64,000 nt of DNA, taken from positions 3,829,319 through 3,893,318 of the forward strand of contig OZ244235.1 in the NCBI GenBank assembly GCA_965217095.1, given 5' to 3'. Under the pieces are notes generated by a model. That model saw only the letters and a list, made by a program, of their open reading frames with translations, ran no database searches and was not told where the DNA came from. Within the stretch, counting starts at the first letter, position 1, and each line of letters starts with the position of its first letter. The stretch is from Candidatus Latescibacterota bacterium (lineage in GTDB: Bacteria > Latescibacterota > UBA2968 > UBA8231). The translations under genes were made by a program, and so were the position numbers. This document shows positions 9,893 to 20,102 of the stretch, in pieces.

Positions 9893-10722
9893 CAGCGCCC
9901 GGGCACGATGTTGTTGCACTGGGGACAGCTCTCATCCGATTCGTAATAGTAGACCGGAAGGTTATTGCTCCAGGCACGGCACTTCTCGTGCTCACCGCTC
10001 AGCCAGTAGAACATCTCCGCCGAGTCATCCATGGCGCGATGGGCGTCCCGCTGGTCGATGTTGAAATCGGTGCAGTGGTAGACGTGGGCCATTTCGAGCT
10101 CCGGGTCCGATATCCAGTCCCGCTGCGGTGCCACCGTTCGCGTGTACCAGTATTTGAGCAGATTGCGTCGTGCTTTCACCGTCGACTTACCGCGTCGATG
10201 CCAGACCGGGTAGGCGGTCAGGAAAATCGAGCCCGCTGGTGACGCCGAGGAGACGACCCCTTTGAAGTTGCGGTAGTGTTCCATGTGTGAAAAACCGCCG
10301 AACAGGAAGTGGGATCCCGGTAGAATTTCGGTGGGTCCAAGCTCTTTCGGCGTGTCTTGCGGATAGTAGAACACCTGCAGTGAGTCGAGCTCGGGACCGT
10401 AGTGCGAGGAACCGTCGCGATGCCACCCTTGTGCTTCGGCGAGCTCCTCGCCGAGGTGATTGAAGATGAAAGGCATCGTCAGTTTGAAGTTGCTGCCCAG
10501 GAGCGAGCGGACCGCCCCGGCCGCCTGCGGATTGAGTAGCACGTTGTCGACGAACCAGTCCTCCTCGAGCAGCTTTTCCGTCAGATCATCGTGCAGCAGA
10601 AATTCACAGGTGCGTTTGTTGATCTCGTCCGGCACTACCGCTTCTAGGACGATGTACCCCTCGCGGCAGAAGTTCATCACCTCTGAATCAGTGAGTGTCG
10701 GTTCGCAGTCGTGTGTTCTCAT
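9892..10722 (-). CDS. PhyH family dioxygenase
   Basis: WHRDG, YYPQDTP..LGPTEILPGSH, WHRR. Confidence 0.88.
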   Translation of the reverse strand: MRTHDCEPTLTDSEVMNFCREGYIVLEAVVPDEINKRTCEFLLHDDLTEKLLEEDWFVDNVLLNPQAAGAVRSLLGSNFKLTMPFIFNHLGEELAEAQGWHRDGSSHYGPELDSLQVFYYPQDTPKELGPTEILPGSHFLFGGFSHMEHYRNFKGVVSSASPAGSIFLTAYPVWHRRGKSTVKARRNLLKYWYTRTVAPQRDWISDPELEMAHVYHCTDFNIDQRDAHRAMDDSAEMFYWLSGEHEKCRAWSNNLPVYYYESDESCPQCNNIVPGR

Positions 10723-10776
10723 TTTCTCTTGCCCAATCTAAGGGAGTGGAACGGCTTCAATGCAATCGGCCCGTTG

Positions 10777-11151
10777 TCAGCGTGAATGGGGAAACTGGGC
10801 GGCAAGTTGAAGACTTTCAGCCATGGCTCGCAAAGCCTTGTCCAGGGTCCAGAGAGGACATGGCATCAGACGTGCGGAAGCAAGGAGGTGTATGGCATTC
10901 CAGCCGACCCCGCGCCCGTGGAGTTCCTCATCCTCGAGGAAACGGAGAGCTTCGTCGTCCTCCGCGACAGGAGCTGACGCCAGGGCTCCCAGGAGCCCGA
11001 GAATCTCATCCCGATTGTGCAGATTCCCACAGGACAATTCGCCAATGACCAACGGGTGGCAGGCGACACTTCCTTCTTCCAGCAATTCGACCAGCGCCGA
11101 ATTGACCCGTCGAAAATGATCGACCCAAACGGAAGTATCAACCAGAACCAT
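10777..11151 (-). CDS. vapC: VapC PIN-domain toxin
   Basis: VLVDTSVWVDH...GEL...LWTLDK. Confidence 0.9.
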   Translation of the reverse strand: MVLVDTSVWVDHFRRVNSALVELLEEGSVACHPLVIGELSCGNLHNRDEILGLLGALASAPVAEDDEALRFLEDEELHGRGVGWNAIHLLASARLMPCPLWTLDKALRAMAESLQLAAQFPHSR

Positions 11152-11345
11152 CAGGCGGCTGGACGCCGACGTTTGGTCTTGCGGAGCTGCTTTTCAGTCC
11201 CGCCTAGTTTGGCAAGACGGCGCGCGCTGGCCAGGGCGATGAGCGCTTCGAGACCCAGGCGAACCAGAGACGTCTTCTCCTTGACGCCGGTCAGCTTCGA
11301 GGCCCTTCCCAGGAGCTCGTCATCTATATTGAGTGTCGTTCTCAT
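11151..11345 (-). CDS. vapB: VapB antitoxin
   Basis: MRTTLNIDDELL.RA..LTG..EKT.LV. Confidence 0.9.
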   Translation of the reverse strand: MRTTLNIDDELLGRASKLTGVKEKTSLVRLGLEALIALASARRLAKLGGTEKQLRKTKRRRPAA

Positions 11346-11352
11346 ATGCATG

Positions 11353-11381
11353 AATATGCATATTTTGAGCATACAAGTCAA
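11353..11381 (-). promoter_or_regulatory. vapBC promoter (probably leaderless)
   Basis: TTGACT-17-CATATT ending 7 nt before ATG; ATGCAT palindromes overlap it. Confidence 0.6.
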
Positions 11382-11389
11382 AGCTTCGA

Positions 11390-12904
11390 TCAGCTTTCCG
11401 CGCAGTGTTGCTCCCAGATGTTATACATCCGGATCATCTCCCGCACCCGGTCGGGGTACTGGTCGGCGAGGTTGTGCTCCTCGGTGCGGTCGGCCTCCAT
11501 ATCGTATAGCTCCCAAGGGACATCCATATCGAGCGGCGGTATCTGTGCCTCGGCATCCCGGCGCCACGGCTTGTAGGCCACCGTATAGTCGGGGGAAACC
11601 AGCTTCCACTTGCCGGCGCGTACAGCGCGCCAGTCGCCATCCTGATTCCAGTAGATCGCCTCGTGACCGTCGCGCTGCTCACCCTGGAAGATCGGCAACA
11701 GGCTTTTGCCTTCTAGCGGAATGGTTGGACGACCCCCGTATCTGGAGGGATACTCGGCCCCGGCGACGTCGGCGCAGGTGGCCATCACGTCGATCAGGTG
11801 TCCCAGCTGAGAGGTGATCTCGCCACCCGAAATTACCTGCGGCCAGTAGGCAATCAGTGGGGTGGCGATCCCGCCTTCATGGTTCCAGCGTTTGAACTTG
11901 CGGAACGGCGTGTTGCTGAGATTCGCCCACGGCAGGTCGACCGAATGGTAAGAATCCAGCGGTCCGGGCGGAATGTCGGGGGTGCTGGTACGCTCCTCAT
12001 CGCTGGCGCCGTTGTCCGACAGAAAGAGCACCAGGGTGTTCTCCTCTTCACCGAGCTCGCGGATTTTCGCGAGCAGCCGGCCGATGTTCTGATCCAGTCG
12101 GTCGACCATGGCGGCATAGACCGCCATCTTCAGATCCCAGGCATCCTTGTTTTCGATCTCGTCCCACGGCAGCGAGTCCGGATCCCGCGCCGACAGCCCC
12201 CAACGTTTGTCGAGCATGCGCGCCATGCGCTGCTCGCGGAGGGTGTCCCAGCCGACCTTGTACTTCCCACGGTATTTGGCGATGTCATCCGGCCGGGCCT
12301 GCAGCGGATAGTGCGGCGCCGTATAGGCCATATAAAGGAAGAAGGGGGTCTCTCCACCGCTCTGTTCATCCAGGTAATTCAAAGCGTTGTCGGTGAAGGC
12401 GTCGGTGGAGTAGAATTGTTTGTCGGGGGTGTAGGGTTGTACGAGCTTGTCGTCGATGGCAAAGGTTTCCAGGCCATGTTTCGGGCTCTTTCTCGAGGGC
12501 CGCGGTTCTCCCGGGCGTTGTTCACCGGGGTTGAAATAATTGCAGCCCCCGCCGGTGGGGCCGTAGTTGCGGTCGAAACCATGCTCGAACGGCAGTCCGG
12601 TGAGGTATTCTTGCAGATGCCACTTGCCGGCCATGGAGGTGCGGTAGCCGGCGGGCTTGAGCAGCTCGGCGATGGTGACGCTGCCGTGCGGTTTCTCCGG
12701 GGCAACCTGTTCGGCGTAGAGACCGGTCAGAAGGCAGGCCCTGGTGGCGCTGCAGATCGCGTTGTTGTGAAACTGGGTGAAGCGGAGGCCGTGGGCGGCG
12801 AGGCGATCGAGGTTGGGGGTGGCGATCTCACCGCCGTAGCAGCCCAGATCGGAGAAACCCATGTCGTCTGCTACTATGAGGACGATGTTCGGTTTCGAGT
12901 TCAT
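11390..12904 (-). CDS. arylsulfatase (formylglycine-dependent)
   Basis: DDMG, CSATRACLLTG, GKWHL, SDNG motifs. Confidence 0.9.
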   Translation of the reverse strand: MNSKPNIVLIVADDMGFSDLGCYGGEIATPNLDRLAAHGLRFTQFHNNAICSATRACLLTGLYAEQVAPEKPHGSVTIAELLKPAGYRTSMAGKWHLQEYLTGLPFEHGFDRNYGPTGGGCNYFNPGEQRPGEPRPSRKSPKHGLETFAIDDKLVQPYTPDKQFYSTDAFTDNALNYLDEQSGGETPFFLYMAYTAPHYPLQARPDDIAKYRGKYKVGWDTLREQRMARMLDKRWGLSARDPDSLPWDEIENKDAWDLKMAVYAAMVDRLDQNIGRLLAKIRELGEEENTLVLFLSDNGASDEERTSTPDIPPGPLDSYHSVDLPWANLSNTPFRKFKRWNHEGGIATPLIAYWPQVISGGEITSQLGHLIDVMATCADVAGAEYPSRYGGRPTIPLEGKSLLPIFQGEQRDGHEAIYWNQDGDWRAVRAGKWKLVSPDYTVAYKPWRRDAEAQIPPLDMDVPWELYDMEADRTEEHNLADQYPDRVREMIRMYNIWEQHCAES

Positions 12905-12914
12905 TCCGCTGACG

Positions 12915-13817
12915 TTACCGCCTCAACTCTTGCGCTTCTATTAGTTTGATAATCCCGGCGTAGTCCAATTCGGCGTTGCCGGCCTCGACAAAGTCGCTAT
13001 AGAGTTCGGCAGCCCTGGCGCCCATGGGCGTGCAAGCGCCGAAATGCTCGGCCGCGTTTTGACTGAGCAGCAGGTCCTTGAGCATCAGCGAGCTGCTGAA
13101 ACCGGGGCGGTAGTTGTTATTCGCGGCCGAAATCGGGGACATCTCGGGAACCGGATGGTTGGTGTTGATCACCCAGCAGTTGCCGGAGGAGTTTTTGACG
13201 ATCTCGTTGAAGGTTTTGGCGTCGAGCCCTAGCTTGTCGGCCAATCGAAACGCTTCGGCCACGGCGATCGTCGAGATGCCCAGGATCATGTTGTTGCAGA
13301 TCTTGGCGGCCTGGCCTGCCCCGGCCGCTCCCACGTGTACGATGGAGCGACCCATCGCTTCGAGGATCGGTGTTGCTCGGCCGACGACACCCTCCTCGCC
13401 CCCGACCATGAATGTGAGCGTGGCCGCTTCGGCTCCCGCCACGCCGCCGGAGACTGGAGCGTCAACCATCGCCATGCCGGCAGCGATAGCCTCAGCGGAC
13501 AGAACGCGCGCGGTGTTGACGTCGATGGTTGAGGACTCGATGAAGAGCGTATCTGTTGTGGCGCGTGCCAGCAGGCCTGTGGAACCGGATAACACTTCGG
13601 TGACGACATCGCCCGTGCGCAGCATGGTGATGACCACTTCGACGTCGCGGGCAACGCTGTCTTGAGTGGCGGGTTGGGCACCAGCCGCAACGAGTGTGTC
13701 GACAGCGGCTTCGGCTTTATCGTACACCTTGAGGTCATGTCCCGCCTTCAGGAGATTTCGACCCATAGGGCCGCCCATGACGCCGAGCCCGACCATGCCG
13801 ATGGTTGCCATCTTCAT
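12915..13817 (-). CDS. mmsB: 3-hydroxyisobutyrate dehydrogenase
   Basis: GLGVMG, DAPVSGG, AKICNNM, GFSSSLMLKDL. Confidence 0.85.
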   Translation of the reverse strand: MKMATIGMVGLGVMGGPMGRNLLKAGHDLKVYDKAEAAVDTLVAAGAQPATQDSVARDVEVVITMLRTGDVVTEVLSGSTGLLARATTDTLFIESSTIDVNTARVLSAEAIAAGMAMVDAPVSGGVAGAEAATLTFMVGGEEGVVGRATPILEAMGRSIVHVGAAGAGQAAKICNNMILGISTIAVAEAFRLADKLGLDAKTFNEIVKNSSGNCWVINTNHPVPEMSPISAANNNYRPGFSSSLMLKDLLLSQNAAEHFGACTPMGARAAELYSDFVEAGNAELDYAGIIKLIEAQELRR

Positions 13818-13838
13818 CTCCTTCCGCCCGCGACGGGC

Positions 13839-14720
13839 TTATGGGACCGACGTTGAATCTTCAGCGAACTGATCATCCTGGGCCAGCCATTTGGAAAACC
13901 CCGCCATCTCGAAACATTCCATCAGACCTACCATGTCCCCTGTCAGTTCGGCGGTCGTACCCTTTTCCTGCAACTGCCGCATCAGATCGCCAACGGTTTT
14001 CGCGACCGTCAGCAGCGCGCTGACCGGAAATATCACCAACTTGAAACCGAGGCGCTCCAACTCGGACGCCGGAATCAAGGGAGACTTGCCCATCTCCACG
14101 AAGTTGTAGAGGAGGGGCAGGTCGAAGGTGCGTGTAACCCGCTCCGCTTCTTCTGCCGAGCGCAGCGCTTCCACAAAGAGCACATCCGCGCCGGCCTGGA
14201 TGTACGCCTCGCAGCGGCGCATGGTGTCGTCCCAGCCGGTAACCGCCAGCGCGTCCGTGCGTACGATGATGGTGAAGTCGTCGTCGGTGCGGGCGTCGGT
14301 AGCAGCGCGGATCTTGCCCACCATCTCTTCCTGCGGAACCACACGCTTGTCGTCGAGGTGGCCGCAGCGCTTGGGGGATTCCTGATCTTCGATGTGGACA
14401 GCCGCCACTCCTGCATACTGGTACTCACGGATGGTACGCTGCACATTGAGGATACCACCGTAACCGGTGTCGGCATCGGCGATAACCGGAAGACCGACCG
14501 CGCCAACCAGGTCGGTGGCACTGGCGACCATCTCGCTCATGGTGGCCAAGCCCAAATCGGGGTAACCCAGACGCGCAACGGAAGTTCCGGCGCCGGTCAT
14601 GTAGACGGCCGGGAACCTGGCTTGCTCAATGATCCTGGCGGTGAGGCAATCGTAGGCACCCGGTGCCACAATGATGCCGGGCTGGCTCAACAGCTGGCGG
14701 AATCTGGTGGTTGCTTTCAT
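13839..14720 (-). CDS. isocitrate lyase/PEP mutase family (methylisocitrate lyase-like)
   Basis: DADTGYG, IEDQ..PKRCGH. Confidence 0.88.
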   Translation of the reverse strand: MKATTRFRQLLSQPGIIVAPGAYDCLTARIIEQARFPAVYMTGAGTSVARLGYPDLGLATMSEMVASATDLVGAVGLPVIADADTGYGGILNVQRTIREYQYAGVAAVHIEDQESPKRCGHLDDKRVVPQEEMVGKIRAATDARTDDDFTIIVRTDALAVTGWDDTMRRCEAYIQAGADVLFVEALRSAEEAERVTRTFDLPLLYNFVEMGKSPLIPASELERLGFKLVIFPVSALLTVAKTVGDLMRQLQEKGTTAELTGDMVGLMECFEMAGFSKWLAQDDQFAEDSTSVP

Positions 14721-14926
14721 AGTGCGATTGCAGCCTGTTGGATTTGGAGCGTAGTCCAACTCGTCAGATTGGGTGTTCCCCAAGCAGGATTTCGGGACCA
14801 ATATAGAAGGATGCCGAAAGGACTCCAACCGCATAGGGCGGAAGTTTACGCACCTCTTCTCGGAGCGTATCTTCGTCCTGTTTTGTAATCACGGCAACCT
14901 GAAGACCATCCGAAAGGGCACGGGCG

Positions 14927-15361
14927 ATGGAAAGCGAAACGACCACCAAAGCCAACGTAAAAGAGGCGGTGCCGTTTTTCTCAGTTTCGAACATGGAAGA
15001 ATCGCTGCGGTTTTACGTCGACGGTCTCGGCTTCGAGATGAAAGACAAATGGGTGGACGGTGGACAACTGCGTTGGTGCAGGCTTCGCAAGGGAAGCGTG
15101 AATCTGATGCTGCAGGAGTTCCCAACGGAAGGACACGATTCCTGGGTCCCTGAGGGCAAGGTGGGCGAGGGCGTCTCGATCTACTTCATGTGTGAAGACG
15201 CCCTGGAGATCTACCGTGACATCAGATCGCGAGGAATCGAAACCTCGAAACCCACTGTCAGCAACGGGTGTTGGCACACGTGTCTCTCCGATACCGACGG
15301 GTATCGCGTCCATTTCGAGAGCAACACCGATGAACGTGAGGATTTGGAATACGCGGGATAG
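14927..15361 (+). CDS. VOC/glyoxalase family protein
   Basis: SLRFYVDGLGF...DTDGY. Confidence 0.85.
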   Translation: MESETTTKANVKEAVPFFSVSNMEESLRFYVDGLGFEMKDKWVDGGQLRWCRLRKGSVNLMLQEFPTEGHDSWVPEGKVGEGVSIYFMCEDALEIYRDIRSRGIETSKPTVSNGCWHTCLSDTDGYRVHFESNTDEREDLEYAG

Positions 15362-15404
15362 GAAGCGCCGGCACCTCTACTACCCATCGAAGGCATGACC
15401 GCGT

Positions 15405-16280
15405 TTACCCGTCCCAGCGCTTGGGATCAATGGCCGGCGCGTCCGTTTTCATGCCCTTGGGTTTGTGGGACTGTTCCCACTGGAGGCCGGTCGTATTCGG
15501 ACTCTGCAGAAAACGCCTGGCTTCCGGCCCGGCGGCGGCCACCAGGTCCGGGTCCCATTCCTCCATCGGATTGATCGGGCCCGCCCAGGCTGGGCGGTAG
15601 CCAAACTGCACGAGGGTCCGCTGGGAGGTTGCCCGGTTCGGATGGCTGCCGTGGAACAGGTTGATAGGAACTATCACTGCCGTCCCGGCTCCTGCACAAA
15701 GAGTGATCTCACCTGGATGCCACTTATAGCGCACGTACGGATTGGCCTCGGCGTGAAACGAGAGGTGCGATCGAGGCACCAGACGAAACGGGGCTCGCTC
15801 AGGTGTGAGGTCGTCGAGATAATAGAGGACGCGAAGCAGGCGCGGCGAACTGCCCTCGTAACCAAAGATCGAAGAGCCGAACGGTTGGCCGTCCGTATGC
15901 AATGAGATCGGCGGCGAACTCGACAGGGTGCGGGTGAAAAGTCCTTTGGTAAACACGATGTCGGTCCCCAAAAGAGCCTCCAGAAACTCGATTACGGGAG
16001 GGTGTGCGATCAGCTTCGCCACGCTCGGACTGCGCCACTGCGGTTCCAAGAAAAAGGTCTGCGCGTCGCTGTAATCTTTGGTTTGCATCGGCGCATCCGC
16101 CATCTCCGCTTTGATCTGCTCCATCAGCTGCGCATCGAGCACGTCGGGTAATACCGCGAAACCCTCGACTTCGAGATGGCGGATTCGTTGTCCCAGCGTG
16201 AATCTGCTGAAATCGGTTTCGTCGACATTCATGAAATCGATCTCTTGCTCCGGATCGATGTGCACGTTGGTTGCTTCCAT
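15405..16280 (-). CDS. PhyH family dioxygenase
   Basis: LHTDGQPFGS, YYLDDLT, PRSHLS, FHGSHPN. Confidence 0.88.
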   Translation of the reverse strand: MEATNVHIDPEQEIDFMNVDETDFSRFTLGQRIRHLEVEGFAVLPDVLDAQLMEQIKAEMADAPMQTKDYSDAQTFFLEPQWRSPSVAKLIAHPPVIEFLEALLGTDIVFTKGLFTRTLSSSPPISLHTDGQPFGSSIFGYEGSSPRLLRVLYYLDDLTPERAPFRLVPRSHLSFHAEANPYVRYKWHPGEITLCAGAGTAVIVPINLFHGSHPNRATSQRTLVQFGYRPAWAGPINPMEEWDPDLVAAAGPEARRFLQSPNTTGLQWEQSHKPKGMKTDAPAIDPKRWDG

Positions 16281-16343
16281 GACCTTCTCCATGTATTGTA
16301 GGCGCACCTGAGCTATGCCGTGGTGCTGTCAAAGGGTACAACC

Positions 16344-17981
16344 ATGTCGTCACCCCATCAAATAACCTATCCCGCCTTCCGCCAGAACGTCATGGGATTA
16401 AACGGCGCCGTGACCTCCGGCCATCCGCTCGCTTCGCAGGCTGGCATCCGCATTCTTCAGGCCGGCGGCAATGCGGTGGACGCCACCATCGCCACGGCGG
16501 CGGCATTGGGAGTGGTTGAGCTGCCCAGCTCCGGTGTCGGCGGCGACGGTTTTATCATGCTCTACGACCGGCAATCCCGAAAGGTCCACGGGATCAATGG
16601 GACCGGGCCGGCGCCGGCAGCGGCTACTCGTGACTTTTATGTCGAGCGCGGCGGCATTCCGATGAAGGGCAGCCTGAGCGTGTCGGTACCAGGATTGGTC
16701 GACGGTTGGATGATGGCGCATCGGCGCTTTGGTAAACTCGGCTTGCTTGAGGTGCTGACACCGGCGATCGAGCTCTGCGAGCAGGGGTTCCCTATCAGTC
16801 ACAAGCTCTCCGCCACGCTGCACACCGAACACGAGCAGTTCTCCAGCGATCCGTACACCAGCGCCATCTTTGAGCCCGATGGCAGACCGCTCGATCCAGG
16901 TGAGCTACTTTTTCAACGCGACCTGGGACAAACCCTCAGAACCATCGCCGGTGGCGGCCGCGATGTTTTCTACCAAGGTGAGATCGCTCGCGAAATTGTT
17001 CGTTTCATGGAAGCGTACGACGGGCTGATTACCTACGACGACCTGTCCGGCTTCAACGCACGGTGGGACGAGCCGATCTACGTCGACTATTGCGGTCATC
17101 GGGTTTACGAGATGCCACCTAACTCCAGCGGTCATATCCTGCTGCAGGAGCTGAATCTCATCGAGCAGTTCGACATTCCTGCCATGGGCTGCCTGACCGC
17201 GGAAAGCGTGCACATCATGGTGGAGGCGAAGAAGCTCGCTTTCGCCGACCGCGAAACCCACATGGCCGACCCGGATTTCCGCGATGTGCCCATCGAACGC
17301 TTGCTGTCGAAAGAGTACGCCGCCAAGCGCGCCGCGTTGATCGATCCGACGCGTGCCAGCACCGAGGTAACCACCGGCATACCCGAGGCGAAGGAGGACA
17401 CGACCTGCTTCACCGTTGCCGACGGCGAGGGGAACGTAGTCTGCATGTTGCAGAGCATTCAATCCAGCCTGGGGTCAAGCATGATCGCCGGCAATACCGG
17501 CATCCTGCTGAACAACCGCATGACCTACTGGCACCTGGACGAAGGTCATCCGAACTGTCTCGTTCCAGGAAGACGGGTACGTCACACCATGAATCCCGTC
17601 ATCGCCATGAAGCTGGGCAAGCCCGTCATCATCTGTGGAACGCCCGGAGCCGACACGCAGGTGCAGACCAACCTGCAGCTGTTGACCCACGCGATCCACT
17701 TCGGCATGACGCCACAGGAGGCCGTGGAAGCGCCGCGCTGGCGCAACCAGCAAAACCCGATGGAATCAACGGTGCCTCACACCTGCGAGGATTCGCTGCA
17801 GCTGGAGGCACGCTTCGGCAACGAGGTGCGCAAAGGTCTGGAGAAACGGGGACATACACTGGAGATCCTGGGCGATTGGGGCGGCCCCGGAAACGCACAG
17901 TTCATCCGGCGCGAACCGGAGAGCGGCGCGCTGCTCGCAGGCGTCGATCCACGGCAGGATGGCTACGCGATCGCGTATTAG
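16344..17981 (+). CDS. ggt: gamma-glutamyltransferase (Ntn hydrolase)
   Basis: GGNAVDA, PPNSSG, DTTCFTVADGEGN (catalytic Thr), GTPGAD. Confidence 0.92.
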   Translation: MSSPHQITYPAFRQNVMGLNGAVTSGHPLASQAGIRILQAGGNAVDATIATAAALGVVELPSSGVGGDGFIMLYDRQSRKVHGINGTGPAPAAATRDFYVERGGIPMKGSLSVSVPGLVDGWMMAHRRFGKLGLLEVLTPAIELCEQGFPISHKLSATLHTEHEQFSSDPYTSAIFEPDGRPLDPGELLFQRDLGQTLRTIAGGGRDVFYQGEIAREIVRFMEAYDGLITYDDLSGFNARWDEPIYVDYCGHRVYEMPPNSSGHILLQELNLIEQFDIPAMGCLTAESVHIMVEAKKLAFADRETHMADPDFRDVPIERLLSKEYAAKRAALIDPTRASTEVTTGIPEAKEDTTCFTVADGEGNVVCMLQSIQSSLGSSMIAGNTGILLNNRMTYWHLDEGHPNCLVPGRRVRHTMNPVIAMKLGKPVIICGTPGADTQVQTNLQLLTHAIHFGMTPQEAVEAPRWRNQQNPMESTVPHTCEDSLQLEARFGNEVRKGLEKRGHTLEILGDWGGPGNAQFIRREPESGALLAGVDPRQDGYAIAY

Positions 17982-18056
17982 CAGATGCAAACGTTATTAG
18001 ACGTGACCACGCGGCCGGCGCTTGACTCGGCCGCATAACAGGACAAATTCTGAGAT

Positions 18057-18935
18057 ATGGATACCTCATTTACCAACAGCAAAGAGCAGATTGCCATCGC
18101 TCCCCGGGACGAGACGGACTGGTCGAGCCTGACCCGCGCTGAGCAGATCCGCAACATCGAGCTGGAAGGGTATGTCGTCCTGCCCGACCTGCTCTCACCG
18201 GAGACGTTGGAGACGATCCGGGAGGAGCTGCGCCGGCTGCCCATGCGGAGCACCGACTACAGCCCGCACCAGCAGGGCTCCGGGAATGTTCAATGGACCG
18301 ATTCGCCGACCGCCACCGACGTCATCGCCCACGCACCCATGATCCAGTTCTTAAAGGACCTCTTCGGCGATGAGGTGATCTGCACCTCCTGCGGCTACGG
18401 CTGCTCGGAGCCGGGTCATCCGGGTATCGCCATACACACCGACGCACAGCCGTACGGCTCCAAGATCTTCGGCTTGCAGTCGAGCTCGCCGGTGTTGGCG
18501 CGCGCCCTGTATTACCTCGACGACCAGACCCCGGACTGCTCGCCGTTCAAGGTTATACCCCGCTCCCATCTGTCGATGCATATTCACGGCAATCCGTACA
18601 ACCGCTTTCTGAGCCATACCGAAGAAATGATGGTGTGTTGCAAGGCGGGCTCGGCGGTGGTGATCAACCAGAATGTGTTCCATGGCAATTTTCCGAATCA
18701 CAGCGAGCGCGACCGGCGCATGCTGGCCATCGCGTACCGTCCAAACTGGGCCGGTCCTATCGGTGACGTCGAAGAAGACTGGGAGCCGGAGAAGGTGGCT
18801 ACGCTTCCGGAGCACATAAAACCGTTCTTCCGCAGCCTCAATACGCGCAGCATCGATTTCGATGTGCCCAACCGTCCGGATGGCATGGCTCGGGATGCCG
18901 GCGGGATCGGTCCCAGCCGCTGGGGATCGTCCTAG
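18057..18935 (+). CDS. PhyH family dioxygenase (paralog of 15405-16280)
   Basis: IHTDAQPYGS, YYLDD, PRSHLS, FHGNFPN. Confidence 0.88.
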   Translation: MDTSFTNSKEQIAIAPRDETDWSSLTRAEQIRNIELEGYVVLPDLLSPETLETIREELRRLPMRSTDYSPHQQGSGNVQWTDSPTATDVIAHAPMIQFLKDLFGDEVICTSCGYGCSEPGHPGIAIHTDAQPYGSKIFGLQSSSPVLARALYYLDDQTPDCSPFKVIPRSHLSMHIHGNPYNRFLSHTEEMMVCCKAGSAVVINQNVFHGNFPNHSERDRRMLAIAYRPNWAGPIGDVEEDWEPEKVATLPEHIKPFFRSLNTRSIDFDVPNRPDGMARDAGGIGPSRWGSS

Positions 18936-18962
18936 CCTCCGCCTGAGACCAAACTGCCGCCC

Positions 18963-20102
18963 GTGGGATACGACGCCATTGTCATAGGTGGCGGCATTGT
19001 TGGTAGCGCCGCAGCCTATCATCTAACATCCAGTGGGGCGCAGACTCTATTGCTCGATCGCAAGGACGTCGGTCGGGCAACGGACGCTGGCGCCGGCATC
19101 CTCTCCGCGGCCACCGCCACTAGAGAATCGGATCGTTTCGACTTCGGGCTTCGCGCCTTCGATTATTTCCCAGGATTGATCGCGCGCTTGAACGCCGAAC
19201 AAGACGGCGACACGGGCTACGCGGTCTGTGGCAAACTAATCGTCGCCATCAGCGAGGATGAAGAAGCGGCCTACCAACACGCCAGGTCGCTGATATTCGA
19301 TCGCCAGCGAGAAACCGGTCGGCCGGATGCTACCCAGATGCGCGAGGTATCTGCGGCCGAAGCGAGTGCGCTTTTTCCACCGTTAGCACCCACCCTCGGT
19401 GCGATCCATTACACCGAGGGGACGCGGGTCGACGGCCGCTTGCTACACCGAGCGCTGCAAAAAGCGGCGCTGTCTCATGGACTCGCAGTGGAAGAAGCCT
19501 CCGTTGACGAGCTTGTCCGCGACGGCAACCGAATCACCGGCGTCATGGTCGAGACACGGAAGCTCGAGGCGAAAAACGTGATCATCGCCGGCGGCGCCTG
19601 GTCCAGCCAGTTCGGTCGTCAGCTCGGAATCCAGATTCCAGTGCATCCTCAACGTGGGCAGATCATCCACCTTGGACTGCCCGGCGTCGACACCTCCAAC
19701 TGGGCGATCGTGAGCGGCTTTCGGGGTCATTACATGGTCCCCTGGGATGACAGCCGCGTCGTGGTCGGCGCCACCCGGGAAACTGGATCGGGCTTCGAGC
19801 CGCGGACGACGGCTGCCGGCGTCGAGGAGGTCTTGGACGAAGCCTGCCGCGTCGCGCCGGGACTCGAGGATGCCGAGATCCGCGAGATCCGCGTTGGGCT
19901 GAGACCCCTGGTGCCCGATGGCGTGCCCGTCCTCGGTCGCGTTCCTGGAATCGAAGGTATCCTCCTGGCGACAGGACATGGACCGTCGGGCTTGCAGCTG
20001 GGGCCGTACAGCGGCAAGCTCGTTGGCGACCTTGCCATGGGGCTCGACCTGGAAACGGACCTCGAGCCCTTCAGCATCTCACGGTTCGACGGCATCGCCT
20101 AG
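18963..20102 (+). CDS. FAD-dependent D-amino acid/glycine oxidase family
   Basis: GGGIVG, ATDAGAGI, GLRP, TGHGPSG. Confidence 0.88.
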   Translation: MGYDAIVIGGGIVGSAAAYHLTSSGAQTLLLDRKDVGRATDAGAGILSAATATRESDRFDFGLRAFDYFPGLIARLNAEQDGDTGYAVCGKLIVAISEDEEAAYQHARSLIFDRQRETGRPDATQMREVSAAEASALFPPLAPTLGAIHYTEGTRVDGRLLHRALQKAALSHGLAVEEASVDELVRDGNRITGVMVETRKLEAKNVIIAGGAWSSQFGRQLGIQIPVHPQRGQIIHLGLPGVDTSNWAIVSGFRGHYMVPWDDSRVVVGATRETGSGFEPRTTAAGVEEVLDEACRVAPGLEDAEIREIRVGLRPLVPDGVPVLGRVPGIEGILLATGHGPSGLQLGPYSGKLVGDLAMGLDLETDLEPFSISRFDGIA

